Position numbers and translations under genes: made by a program | Shown: in pieces, positions 1-9,700 of the stretch | Position numbering within the stretch: the stretch's first letter is position 1 | Layout: every line of letters starts with the position of its first letter | The notes under the pieces: model-generated | Told to the model about the DNA's origin: nothing | The model's input: the letters and a program-made list of their open reading frames with translations, nothing else | The model's database searches: none | Source of the DNA: Desulfurococcaceae archaeon | GTDB taxonomy: Archaea; Thermoproteota; Thermoprotei_A; Sulfolobales; Desulfurococcaceae | Direction of reading: 5' to 3' | Assembly: GCA_038888155.1 (NCBI GenBank) | Contig: JAWAJB010000015.1 | Coordinates: 1 to 19,060, forward strand | Length of the DNA stretch: 19,060 nt

Positions 1-264
1 TGCTATATGACAAGCTAAGAAATTTGCAATTGTACCACCAAGAATATCTATTATTCCTAATCCACCATAAATATTTGCTATTAAACAACCTAAGCTTAAT
101 CCTATGGTACAAGGCATTCCAAAAATTATTGAAAGTGGTAGTAACATATCAGCTATTCTAATTTGCCATATACCAAAACTTATTGGTGCTAATGAAATAA
201 CTGCTACTGCATAAAGAGTAGCAAATATTGCTATTAATGAAATTTCTTCTGTTTTAAAGTTCAT
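1..264 (-). CDS. queT: QueT-family (ECF S-component-like) queuosine-precursor transporter, 3' end runs off the window
   Basis: Manual translation from ATG at 264: MNFKTEEISLIAIFATLYAVAVISLAPISFGIWQIRIADMLLPL...GCLIANIYGGLGIIDILGGT. It is hydrophobic and carries the PISFGxxQxRxA and GCLIAN motifs of QueT. GGTGA RBS upstream. Absent from the ORF track because it is truncated. Confidence 0.8.
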   Translation of the reverse strand, partial: MNFKTEEISLIAIFATLYAVAVISLAPISFGIWQIRIADMLLPLSIIFGMPCTIGLSLGCLIANIYGGLGIIDILGGTIANFLACHIA

Positions 265-288
265 TCATTTTCACCTTCATATAATGTT

Positions 289-3200
289 CTTCAAATTCTC
301 TTTACGAAATTCTTACATGATTAATAGATATATGTTTTGCTTTTTTCCATTATCTTTCAATTCTCTTTACGAGATTCCAAATTATAAATAAGCCACCACT
401 AAGAAACGTAAACAACTTTCAATTCTCTTTATGAGATTCTCGGTTAAGCGAATGCCGATTCTGTCAAACGAACGTTTGACTTTCAATTCTCTTTATGAGA
501 TTCCATTATTTTATACAGAATCAGGTGCAGAAATAACATACTTTCAATTCTCTTTATGAGATTCTACAAATTCTGGACCTTTTTAGGGCCTTTCAACTCT
601 CTTTCAATTCTCTTTATGAGATTCCTAAAAGCATGGCTTGATGGCTGGGAAATACCATACAAACAACTTTCAATTCTCTTTATGAGATTCTTTTGGAGGT
701 GTGAACGTGGGCGAGCTCGATGAGTTTACTTTCAATTCTCTTTATGAGATTCTAAATTTGACGATTTGATCCTTAGTCACGGCTACTTTTTCTTTCAATT
801 CTCTTTATGAGATTCGTAGACTTCAATAATGATATTGATCTATCTAATGTAATTTACTTTCAATTCTCTTTATGAGATTCTATATTTGCACTTGAATATC
901 TAGGTGTTGTTCTGATAACTTTCAATTCTCTTTATGAGATTCCATAGCGGATAAAAATGTCTCAAACACCAACATTACCAGACCTCTTTCAATTCTCTTT
1001 ATGAGATTCCTGACGACGTGCACCCACGTGTTCCTGTACGCATAGATGTTGTAACTTTCAATTCTCTTTATGAGATTCACTGTTTGCAAATGAAAACATA
1101 ACATCAGTTCAAACTATTCTTTCAATTCTCTTTATGAGATTCGCACAAACAATGGAACGGACTACACATGGCTCAGCATCTACCTTTCAATTCTCTTTAT
1201 GAGATTCTAGAGTTTCAGAAGCTTTAAAATTAAAACGTAAAGATGTTCTTTCAATTCTCTTTATGAGATTCAACTTTACGCAACATTAATACTAAACTCA
1301 TATCTTGAAATAGACTTTCAATTCTCTTTATGAGATTCATGATACCCCTCCTAAACATTTCAAAAGCACTTTGTAAATCCTTTCAATTCTCTTTATGAGA
1401 TTCGAAGGTACTGCTGTATCTGTACCTGCGCCAATTCCAAAGAGTGGAACTTTCAATTCTCTTTATGAGATTCAAAAGAACAAGTGGGACAATATACACT
1501 TATCAATATTTCTCACTTTCAATTCTCTTTATGAGATTCCTGGTACTGCGTAAATCGTCCACTGGTTTAAAACTTTTTGCTTTCAATTCTCTTTATGAGA
1601 TTCACAAACCTGGCTTTAGACAATCTCTTTGTTTGTATCTTTCCTTTCAATTCTCTTTATGAGATTCGAACTTGAAAGGAAATTTAGATTTACGGCTTTT
1701 GCGAATTTTCTTTCAATTCTCTTTATGAGATTCAGAAAAGACAGGGTTAATAAATGAATTGGGCAAATATTATAACTTTCAATTCTCTTTATGAGATTCT
1801 TTTTGACCATAGTTAACAATAACATGAGACAAACTGTCTTTCAATTCTCTTTATGAGATTCTAGAAAAAGTGATGGGACGATAGGGTTAACTAAAAATGT
1901 CAAGCTTTCAATTCTCTTTATGAGATTCGAGATTCACGACCCATCGCGAGGATACTTCTTCGCGATACAGGGGAACTTTCAATTCTCTTTATGAGATTCT
2001 TATCCAGAACTTCGGCTCATCAACAATAATCATAATATCTTTCAATTCTCTTTATGAGATTCTTTACTTCATTCAGCCTGGCTTGCTCTTTCATTTTTTT
2101 ACTTTCAATTCTCTTTATGAGATTCAAGGAAAAGGAATGATAAAAATAGATGAAGAAAGTGGTATTCTTTCAATTCTCTTTATGAGATTCCTTTTGTTAA
2201 AGCATTTCCAGGTTCATTAATTAGAGTCTTTCAATTCTCTTTATGAGATTCAGTGATAACGACAGTTGACGAAGAAGAATATGAAATATTCACTTTCAAT
2301 TCTCTTTATGAGATTCAAGGCAACCACATATATCTATTTATGATTAAACTACTATTCTTTCAATTCTCTTTATGAGATTCGCCGCTGATGGCGAGTCCGC
2401 TGATGGCGAGTACATTCACGCATTACTTTCAATTCTCTTTATGAGATTCAAAATTATAGAGCAGATAAACAGTATGAAAACTAATGCACACTTTCAATTC
2501 TCTTTATGAGATTCTAAAAAGAGAATACAAGGCTTGGCTAGAACTTAACTCATCCTTTCAATTCTCTTTATGAGATTCTGAAAAGCAGAAAACGTCACTG
2601 AAAAAAATTACTCGAATTAACTTTCAATTCTCTTTATGAGATTCATCAATATGAAGTTGATATTTTTAAAAAAGAAATTGATGAACTTTCAATTCTCTTT
2701 ATGAGATTCTGATATTTCATCTATGGTTGCAGGACCTACGATAAGCTTTCAATTCTCTTTATGAGATTCGATGATTTAAATGAACCACCACTTAATCTTA
2801 TTTGTTTAAGAAACTTTCAATTCTCTTTATGAGATTCCTTTAAACAGGGGTGATATTATCACCCCTATTTTTTCTATCTTTCAATTCTCTTTATGAGATT
2901 CACAAGAATTCAAAAGAATTTTACGATTTGATGAAAATTACAACTTTCAATTCTCTTTATGAGATTCCTGAAGTAATCACAAAAATAGTAAAACAATATT
3001 TTGAACTTTCAATTCTCTTTATGAGATTCATTCAATATTTAAAAGCGGAATTTCTGAACCCCATTCACCATGAGACTTTCAATTCTCTTTATGAGATTCC
3101 CTTTCAACTTCCTGCGGGTCTTGGAAGTTACAAAAAACTTTCAATTCTCTTTATGAGATTCAATTACATAAAATGACTATGATGTGTTTTCATGAATTTG

Positions 3201-3615
3201 CACAAAAGCTTTCAATTCTCTTTATGAGATTCTTATATCAGCTAGTTTTTATAATGACTAGTGAAAATCCACTTTCAATTCTCTTTATGAGATTCTGCTG
3301 ATGTTGGAATTGTGACAAAACCAATTGAAGAAGTACTTTCAATTCTCTTTATGAGATTCCTGTTTTGGAAAAATTGAAGTAATATCATCAAGTATAACAC
3401 TTTCAATTCTCTTTATGAGATTCTTCATAACTTGCCATAACTTTTACTACATCATTCGCACTTTCCTTTCAATTCTCTTTATGAGATTCAAAATGAAGCA
3501 AAGATAACTCTTGACAAATGGTATACAAGCTTTCAATTCTCTTTATGAGATTCTTAAGCGAAGAAGCAAGAAAGGAATGGGAGATTGAACTCTTTCAATT
3601 CTCTTTATGAGATTC
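289..3615 (-). CRISPR. CRISPR array 1: 52 repeats / 51 spacers (manual count), repeat GAATCTCATAAAGAGAATTGAAAG (24 bp), spacers about 36-47 bp
   Basis: CTTTCAATTCTCTTTATGAGATTC recurs on +. Trailer repeats are degenerate (289-312 has 4 mismatches, 354-377 has 1). Leader lies at the right end, and the ATTGAAAG 3' end gives the orientation. Confidence 0.98.
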
Positions 3616-3727
3616 CGAGCAAATTTTTACTCTATTTGTTTATTTGAGCTATTTTCTTATTTAAATTTTTATAGTAATATTTCGGTAGTAATTGATCTGC
3701 TTTTGAAATATGTTTTTCCACCGAAGT
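3616..3727 (-). promoter_or_regulatory. Leader of array 1 (112 bp) with A-rich BRE-like run and TATA box TTTAAATA
   Basis: AT-rich, abuts the non-degenerate end of the array, and is the reverse complement of 6688-6799 (109/112 identical). Confidence 0.92.
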
Positions 3728-3736
3728 CTATTTACA

Positions 3737-4333
3737 TCATATTTTACCACATATTTTTATGAAACCACAATTTTTACATTTTTTATAATTACCTCTTGGA
3801 AGTTTTTCTTTTTCAATTATTGATTTTATTCTTGAAACTGTCCATTGAACATGTTTTTTTAAATCTTCTGTTAATGGTATTTCAAATGTTTTACCATCTT
3901 TTACATACTTTATTATAATCTTTCTGACAATTTTTCCAATTTTTTCTTCTGCTAACATAGCATATGCTACTGCTTGATAAACATGACTAGGATATGGCTT
4001 TTTAGGAGATTTCATGAATTTATTTTCTACTATAACTAATCCATTATTTATTTCATATACTTCATCAACTATACCATATAACCCAAGTTTTTCTGATGTT
4101 ATTAATAGTCTACTCCAAACTGATTTAGCTTGTTCTTTTCTTTCACCAGCAACACTTTTCCTACGTTTTGCTTTTTTCTCTTCTGATAAATGGAATTCTT
4201 TTCCTTCAATCATGCTTTCAGTTAATCTTTCACTATAGCCTAAAACACCTAAGTAATAAATTATTCTTGGACAGAAGTAATACTGTTTAATCCATGTAAC
4301 TGGTATAAGATGTATAAGTTCATCTTCAGACAA
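3737..4333 (-). CDS. cas4: CRISPR-associated exonuclease Cas4
   Basis: YYFCPR, GIVD..IVENK RecB-like core, YQAVAYA, C-terminal CKNCGFIKIC Fe-S cysteines. TTG start. Confidence 0.95.
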   Translation of the reverse strand: MSEDELIHLIPVTWIKQYYFCPRIIYYLGVLGYSERLTESMIEGKEFHLSEEKKAKRRKSVAGERKEQAKSVWSRLLITSEKLGLYGIVDEVYEINNGLVIVENKFMKSPKKPYPSHVYQAVAYAMLAEEKIGKIVRKIIIKYVKDGKTFEIPLTEDLKKHVQWTVSRIKSIIEKEKLPRGNYKKCKNCGFIKICGKI

Positions 4334-4347
4334 TTTTTACTTCCCTC

Positions 4348-4626
4348 TTATACTATTAATTCATCTTTTGCATATTCCTCAAAGGGTTTTCCTAAAACTT
4401 CTCTTAGAGCTAAATCAGCTTTACATATGACAAATACTTGAATATTTCCATCAGCATCTCCAAGTATTCTTCTTAACACTGTTATCAATTCTTTTCTGCG
4501 CATACTTGTTAAGTATCCTAAAAATGTACTTCTTTGAATTCTAGTTAATCCAAATCTTTTACATGTATCACTTATCTTAAGTCTAATATCATCATTGCTT
4601 ATATCATATACAACAAGTGTTTGCAA
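4348..4626 (-). CDS. cas2: CRISPR-associated protein Cas2
   Basis: 92 aa, LVVYDIS and RIQRSTF motifs, directly downstream of cas1. Confidence 0.97.
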   Translation of the reverse strand: MQTLVVYDISNDDIRLKISDTCKRFGLTRIQRSTFLGYLTSMRRKELITVLRRILGDADGNIQVFVICKADLALREVLGKPFEEYAKDELIV

Positions 4627-4633
4627 TTTTTCA

Positions 4634-5659
4634 TCACCTTAATGTAAATGGTATATAATTGTTTTCTCTTCCAAGAATAAAATTAGCAAGTCTCTTTGGT
4701 TGTAGAAAAATATGACTTGATAATGGTAAAGATCTTCCATGAAAAGTTAGAGTCTCAGATAATCTTTCAGAAAAAGCTTTTACAATTTGAAATCGAAAAT
4801 CTCTTTTTAGTCTTCTTTCTTCAATTATTGATTTTGAATCTTTAATACTTGAAATTAATCTTAAAACTACTCTATCAACAATGGGTTGTCTAAATTCTTC
4901 CATAATATCCATTACAAGTGCAGGTCTTCTAGGAGAATCAATATGTAAAAAACCAGCAAATGGATCAAGTCCACTTGCTTCAATAGCTAACAAAACTTCA
5001 GAAGCTAAAAGTCCATAACAAAAATTAAGCATAATATTAACTGGATCTTCAGGATTCTCAAACTTTTTTCTTCTACCTGGAAAATCTATCCCTTCTGGTA
5101 GTAAAAGCTTAAAACCTTGCCAATATATTTTCGCAGCCTCAGCTTCAAGTCTCATAACTTCACTCCTAATAGAATTAGCATTATTTCCTTCAATATTATC
5201 TATCATTGTAGCTATATTAGAAATTGACTTAGACATTTCAAGTAATTTTTTAGATAATTCTATATTACTTCTATTTCTACTAGCTTCACGTAAAAGAGAT
5301 TTTTGATTAACAACTTTAGCCCAAGCAAATCTTTTAGTAAGATAAGCACCAATAGGCAAATCTTGAGCTTTATATTGTTCTTTTCTTAATTTAATTGATC
5401 CACTAATTCTTGTACTTGAGAGTTTAGCAATTGGAAAACCTGAGCTAGAATATATTATCAAATCTACTTTATATTTAGTAAGAAGTCTCATAAGAGCAGA
5501 GGAGATGGTAGCTCCACGTGTTAATATTACAATCTGACTTATGTTTAATGGAGAAATTTCCAAAATTTTTTCATTTTTTCTTTTAACAACAATCATTTCT
5601 TTTTTAACACCAATAAATAATCCAGGTTCATTTATGATTAAACGTTTCATTATTATCAC
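4634..5659 (-). CDS. cas1: CRISPR-associated integrase Cas1 (ATG at 5650 is a likely alternative start)
   Basis: EAEAAKIYW, DPVNIMLNFCYG, GLDPFAGFLH and DIMEEFRQPIVD motifs. Confidence 0.98.
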   Translation of the reverse strand: MIIMKRLIINEPGLFIGVKKEMIVVKRKNEKILEISPLNISQIVILTRGATISSALMRLLTKYKVDLIIYSSSGFPIAKLSSTRISGSIKLRKEQYKAQDLPIGAYLTKRFAWAKVVNQKSLLREASRNRSNIELSKKLLEMSKSISNIATMIDNIEGNNANSIRSEVMRLEAEAAKIYWQGFKLLLPEGIDFPGRRKKFENPEDPVNIMLNFCYGLLASEVLLAIEASGLDPFAGFLHIDSPRRPALVMDIMEEFRQPIVDRVVLRLISSIKDSKSIIEERRLKRDFRFQIVKAFSERLSETLTFHGRSLPLSSHIFLQPKRLANFILGRENNYIPFTLR

Positions 5660-6606
5660 TCACAAACACTATAATATGGACAATAATCTGGACATTTTAT
5701 AGGTTTGCCAGGATCTCTACCAATTGATACAATTTCATAAGCTTCATCTCTAATTTCAAGAAACTCACGTCTAAGTTCATCGCTTATAACAAAATATTTC
5801 ATTCTAAAGCTAGGTACAAGTCTAGTTGGTTCTATTTGAACATATATAATAAAACCAAAATCAATTGGAATATTCTCCTCAGCCTCAATAGCTAGAGCAT
5901 ATCCAGTTGCAGCATATGGATGAAATTCTCTAATATCACCTGTTTTTAAATCAGCTATAGCATTGAATGGTGTATATATATCAACACTAAGTTCTCTACT
6001 TAATCCAATAAGACTACCATCAACTTTACGTTCAACAATAGGTGGAATAGCAATACTGATTATTGAATCAATATCAGAATGTGGATATTTAGATATAGTT
6101 TGATCAACTTTAGCAGCAGCTTGAACAATAAGAAATCTATAAAATGCTGATGCTTCAATTCTAAGTTTGTTTTCTTCATTTATCTTACTCGAGAATAATT
6201 TTTCAATTTCCAAAATAGCTCTATCAACAATTTCATTAGTAAGTGGAAGTAGATTTTCAATTAATTCAGATCCAGATTTAACATTTCCAGAGAAAAGCGA
6301 TTTCTTAATAATAGAAAGAGTTTCACGATTAATTGTATGTAAAACAATACCTCTAGCCATTTTAATTGTAGGAGGGGGCTTAATATTTAAAACTCGTTTT
6401 AAATAAATATCTCGCATTTTTTCACAATAACGCATTGCAAGTTCACTTACACCAAAAAGAATAGCTCTAGAAGGCGGTTCAATTGGAGGAGAATCAAAAC
6501 ACCAACCTCTTAATTCATTACTAATATTTCTAATCTCAAGCTCTTTACGTAGAAGTCTAAAACGTCTATCCAAATCAAGTCTATCAAAAAAGAACAAAAG
6601 TCTCAC
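5656..6606 (-). CDS. csa1: Type I-A Cas4-like protein Csa1 (Cas4a)
   Basis: ELRGW, YCEKMRDIYL, VDGSLIGLS, DLKTG, GYALAIE and C-terminal CPDYCPYYSVC. First gene of the csa1-cas1-cas2-cas4 cassette. Confidence 0.92.
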   Translation of the reverse strand: MRLLFFFDRLDLDRRFRLLRKELEIRNISNELRGWCFDSPPIEPPSRAILFGVSELAMRYCEKMRDIYLKRVLNIKPPPTIKMARGIVLHTINRETLSIIKKSLFSGNVKSGSELIENLLPLTNEIVDRAILEIEKLFSSKINEENKLRIEASAFYRFLIVQAAAKVDQTISKYPHSDIDSIISIAIPPIVERKVDGSLIGLSRELSVDIYTPFNAIADLKTGDIREFHPYAATGYALAIEAEENIPIDFGFIIYVQIEPTRLVPSFRMKYFVISDELRREFLEIRDEAYEIVSIGRDPGKPIKCPDYCPYYSVCE

Positions 6607-6634
6607 TCCAAAACTACAGTTATCTTCTAATACC

Positions 6635-6642
6635 TATAAAAA
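6635..6642 (-). promoter_or_regulatory. Putative TATA box of the adaptation operon
   Basis: TTTTTATA on - strand about 29 nt upstream of the csa1 start. The context is AT-rich, so this is weak. Confidence 0.35.
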
Positions 6643-6687
6643 TTATGTCAATCTAATAATATTAACTAAATATAATTTTCTTATCAA

Positions 6688-6799
6688 ACTTCGGTGGAAA
6701 AACATATTTCAAAAGCAGATTAGCTACTACCGAAATATTACTATAAAAATTTAAATAAGAAAATAGCTCAAATAAACAAATAGAGTAAAAATTTGCTCG
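6688..6799 (+). promoter_or_regulatory. Leader of array 2 (112 bp), TATA box TTTAAATA at 6750-6757
   Basis: Inverted copy of 3616-3727 with 3 mismatches, immediately before the first repeat at 6800. Confidence 0.92.
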
Positions 6800-9700
6800 G
6801 AATCTCATAAAGAGAATTGAAAGTTATAAGAGTTGCTGGAGCACCAATATTAAAAACTACAGGAATCTCATAAAGAGAATTGAAAGTCAAAAGATGAAAA
6901 AGTTTCTATTGGTTTAATTTCTTGAATCTCATAAAGAGAATTGAAAGTCATGATCAAGATTTATATTTGTCTTCAAGACCGGTTTTTCAACAAGAATCTC
7001 ATAAAGAGAATTGAAAGGATTTTTAAATTTGCATTTTTTACAATAAACTAACTTTCCGAATCTCATAAAGAGAATTGAAAGCATTTAGAATTTTTTAGAT
7101 AGCAAGATATCGCTGTTGATTGACTTAAAATCGGAATCTCATAAAGAGAATTGAAAGCATTTAGAATTTACGCCATTTTTAAAGAGAGGTATAGAAGGAA
7201 TCTCATAAAGAGAATTGAAAGTACTAATAATTATTCGCAAAATAACTTATAAATCTTGCGGAATCTCATAAAGAGAATTGAAAGAGTTAAAAAGCCACTA
7301 TCCCAGGAACTTGGAAACGACCTATGAATCTCATAAAGAGAATTGAAAGCCTCCTCAACAAGTAGAAGTACCAAAAGAAGAGAAAAAGAATCTCATAAAG
7401 AGAATTGAAAGTATTATACATTAGGATCAGTTGTTGGAGAAGTAACGCAAGTTGTGAATCTCATAAAGAGAATTGAAAGGAATTCTACGCTTTTGTTTAG
7501 AATTGAAAATAAATGATCTAGAATCTCATAAAGAGAATTGAAAGATCACACTTGAGCCAGGCGACTTCATTATAGTAGCATAGAATCTCATAAAGAGAAT
7601 TGAAAGAACAAAAGACATGGTAATGGACATAATCAGAACCTATAGCAAGAATCTCATAAAGAGAATTGAAAGTTTCCATTATCACCCCATAAAATTTTTT
7701 TCTTCAAATATACAGAATCTCATAAAGAGAATTGAAAGTAAATAAACAAAAATTAATATTAAAATAATACGTTAATAAATAAGAATCTCATAAAGAGAAT
7801 TGAAAGTGTTTTTCTAGGATGCCATGCCCCACATAAGGGGCATTTAGAATCTCATAAAGAGAATTGAAAGGAATAGGGGGGTTTTCTTTTATAGCATTTT
7901 AATACTTTTCTTCGAATCTCATAAAGAGAATTGAAAGAATGTTTACTAGTTTAAAAATTGGCTCTTGTTTTTTTGTTTGAATCTCATAAAGAGAATTGAA
8001 AGTGGCTTTATCTCTTTGGTGATTCTGCTACTGGAAAGACAACGAATCTCATAAAGAGAATTGAAAGGGCTAGGGGTATATTGAACATATAAACGTATTT
8101 TTATGAGAATCTCATAAAGAGAATTGAAAGCCACTATCAACAACAATAGTAGGAATAAATCCAATTTGAATCTCATAAAGAGAATTGAAAGGCCCTCCTG
8201 GCTACCCGCCTACCCAAAAACTTCTCAAACTAGAATCTCATAAAGAGAATTGAAAGTTATAATTGATACAAATGGAAAAAGTATTGAAGTATACATTATT
8301 GCAGAATCTCATAAAGAGAATTGAAAGAAGTCCCATGGAACAAGAGGATGGCTTGCTATTTTTTCAATTTTTTTAGAATCTCATAAAGAGAATTGAAAGC
8401 TGTCATCTATATCCCATCCTTGACTCTTTAAGACCTCAAACAGTGAATCTCATAAAGAGAATTGAAAGTTTTCAAACCATACTTCGTCTTGTGGTAAAAT
8501 TATACGAGAATCTCATAAAGAGAATTGAAAGTAACCGTTAAACGCGTTTCAAATCGTGGAAATGTATGGGAATCTCATAAAGAGAATTGAAAGTGATAAA
8601 ACTACTGTACTATAAAATTCATATCCAATTAAAGAATCTCATAAAGAGAATTGAAAGTTGTGGTATTTGTAACCCTGCCACTTCATAGCATTTACTGAAT
8701 CTCATAAAGAGAATTGAAAGTTTGTATTGCGCCACTCTTTGTGTTATATGCCCTCCACTTGGAATCTCATAAAGAGAATTGAAAGCAAAAAGTTTTAAAC
8801 CAATGGACGATTTACGCAATACCAGGTGAATCTCATAAAGAGAATTGAAAGGAAGTTATTGCTCCAGCTATTCCTGAAGAATGTTTTGAAGGAATCTCAT
8901 AAAGAGAATTGAAAGTTGACCTCCATTTCCACTGGAACCTCTGGAACTGAAATTTTCTTTCGAATCTCATAAAGAGAATTGAAAGTCAAACTATTATAAA
9001 CAACCAGGTACATTACTATCAATCACAGGAATCTCATAAAGAGAATTGAAAGGGCAGAATTGCTTAATTGGGAATATGGTGTCTTCTGGTTAAGGAATCT
9101 CATAAAGAGAATTGAAAGTTAAATCCTTTTTGAGTTTGTGGTTTTACGTCTTCAAACCATCGAATCTCATAAAGAGAATTGAAAGATTGGACGAAATGCA
9201 GGAGCTAAAGCCACACCTCCAGCTGCTGAATCTCATAAAGAGAATTGAAAGGTAGAATAGATCTTTTTGAAGAAAAATGCGAGTCCATAAGAATCTCATA
9301 AAGAGAATTGAAAGAATAATTTATCGAGAAAGCTTTTTTTACTTTTTCTTTCAGAATCTCATAAAGAGAATTGAAAGCTTCTGGTGGTCCTGCAGTACGT
9401 ATTGAAATGCAAGGAGAATCTCATAAAGAGAATTGAAAGTAAATATAAAAAAAAGTTGGGACACCTGGGACACTTTCTTTTATATATGAATCTCATAAAG
9501 AGAATTGAAAGTATGGACTTGAAAGAGAAATTGATGAAAATAAAATAAAGAATCTCATAAAGAGAATTGAAAGGGAAAACTATGAAAAACGACTATGATA
9601 CATTTACATGAGAATCTCATAAAGAGAATTGAAAGTGAACTATTGAACTTATACCTTCACCTTGCAAAGTTAAGAAAAGAATCTCATAAAGAGAATTGAA

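Noticed and set aside
1079-1118. 10-nt end overlap (TCAAACTATT) with spacer 8986-9028 giving an open frame
   Set aside because: A short AT-rich match among about 100 spacers. The implied PAMs (AGT, TAT) disagree with each other and with CCN/TCN-type I-A PAMs.
1339-1379. ATGATACCC(C)TCC shared with spacer 9840-9878
   Set aside because: Only about 12 nt and needs an indel, which is not enough to claim a common target.
922-3176. ORFs 922-1104, 1444-1662, 1616-1825 and 2850-3176
   Set aside because: They lie inside array 1. The recurring peptides (NLIKRIE, LSILFMRF, FNSLYEI) are just translated repeats.
3616-6799. Casposon or transposon (cas1 between inverted repeats)
   Set aside because: The inverted repeats are CRISPR leaders. 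There is no PolB or transposase, and cas1 sits with cas2/cas4/csa1 as a normal adaptation cassette.
7480-7520. Spacer containing AGAATTGAAA (repeat 3' end); similar repeat-like words in spacers 565-600 and 3100-3137
   Set aside because: Spacer lengths are normal and the words read as ordinary coding sequence. Expected by chance in A-rich DNA.
7946-8819. ORFs 7946-8176 and 8619-8819
   Set aside because: Translated repeat-spacer units of array 2.
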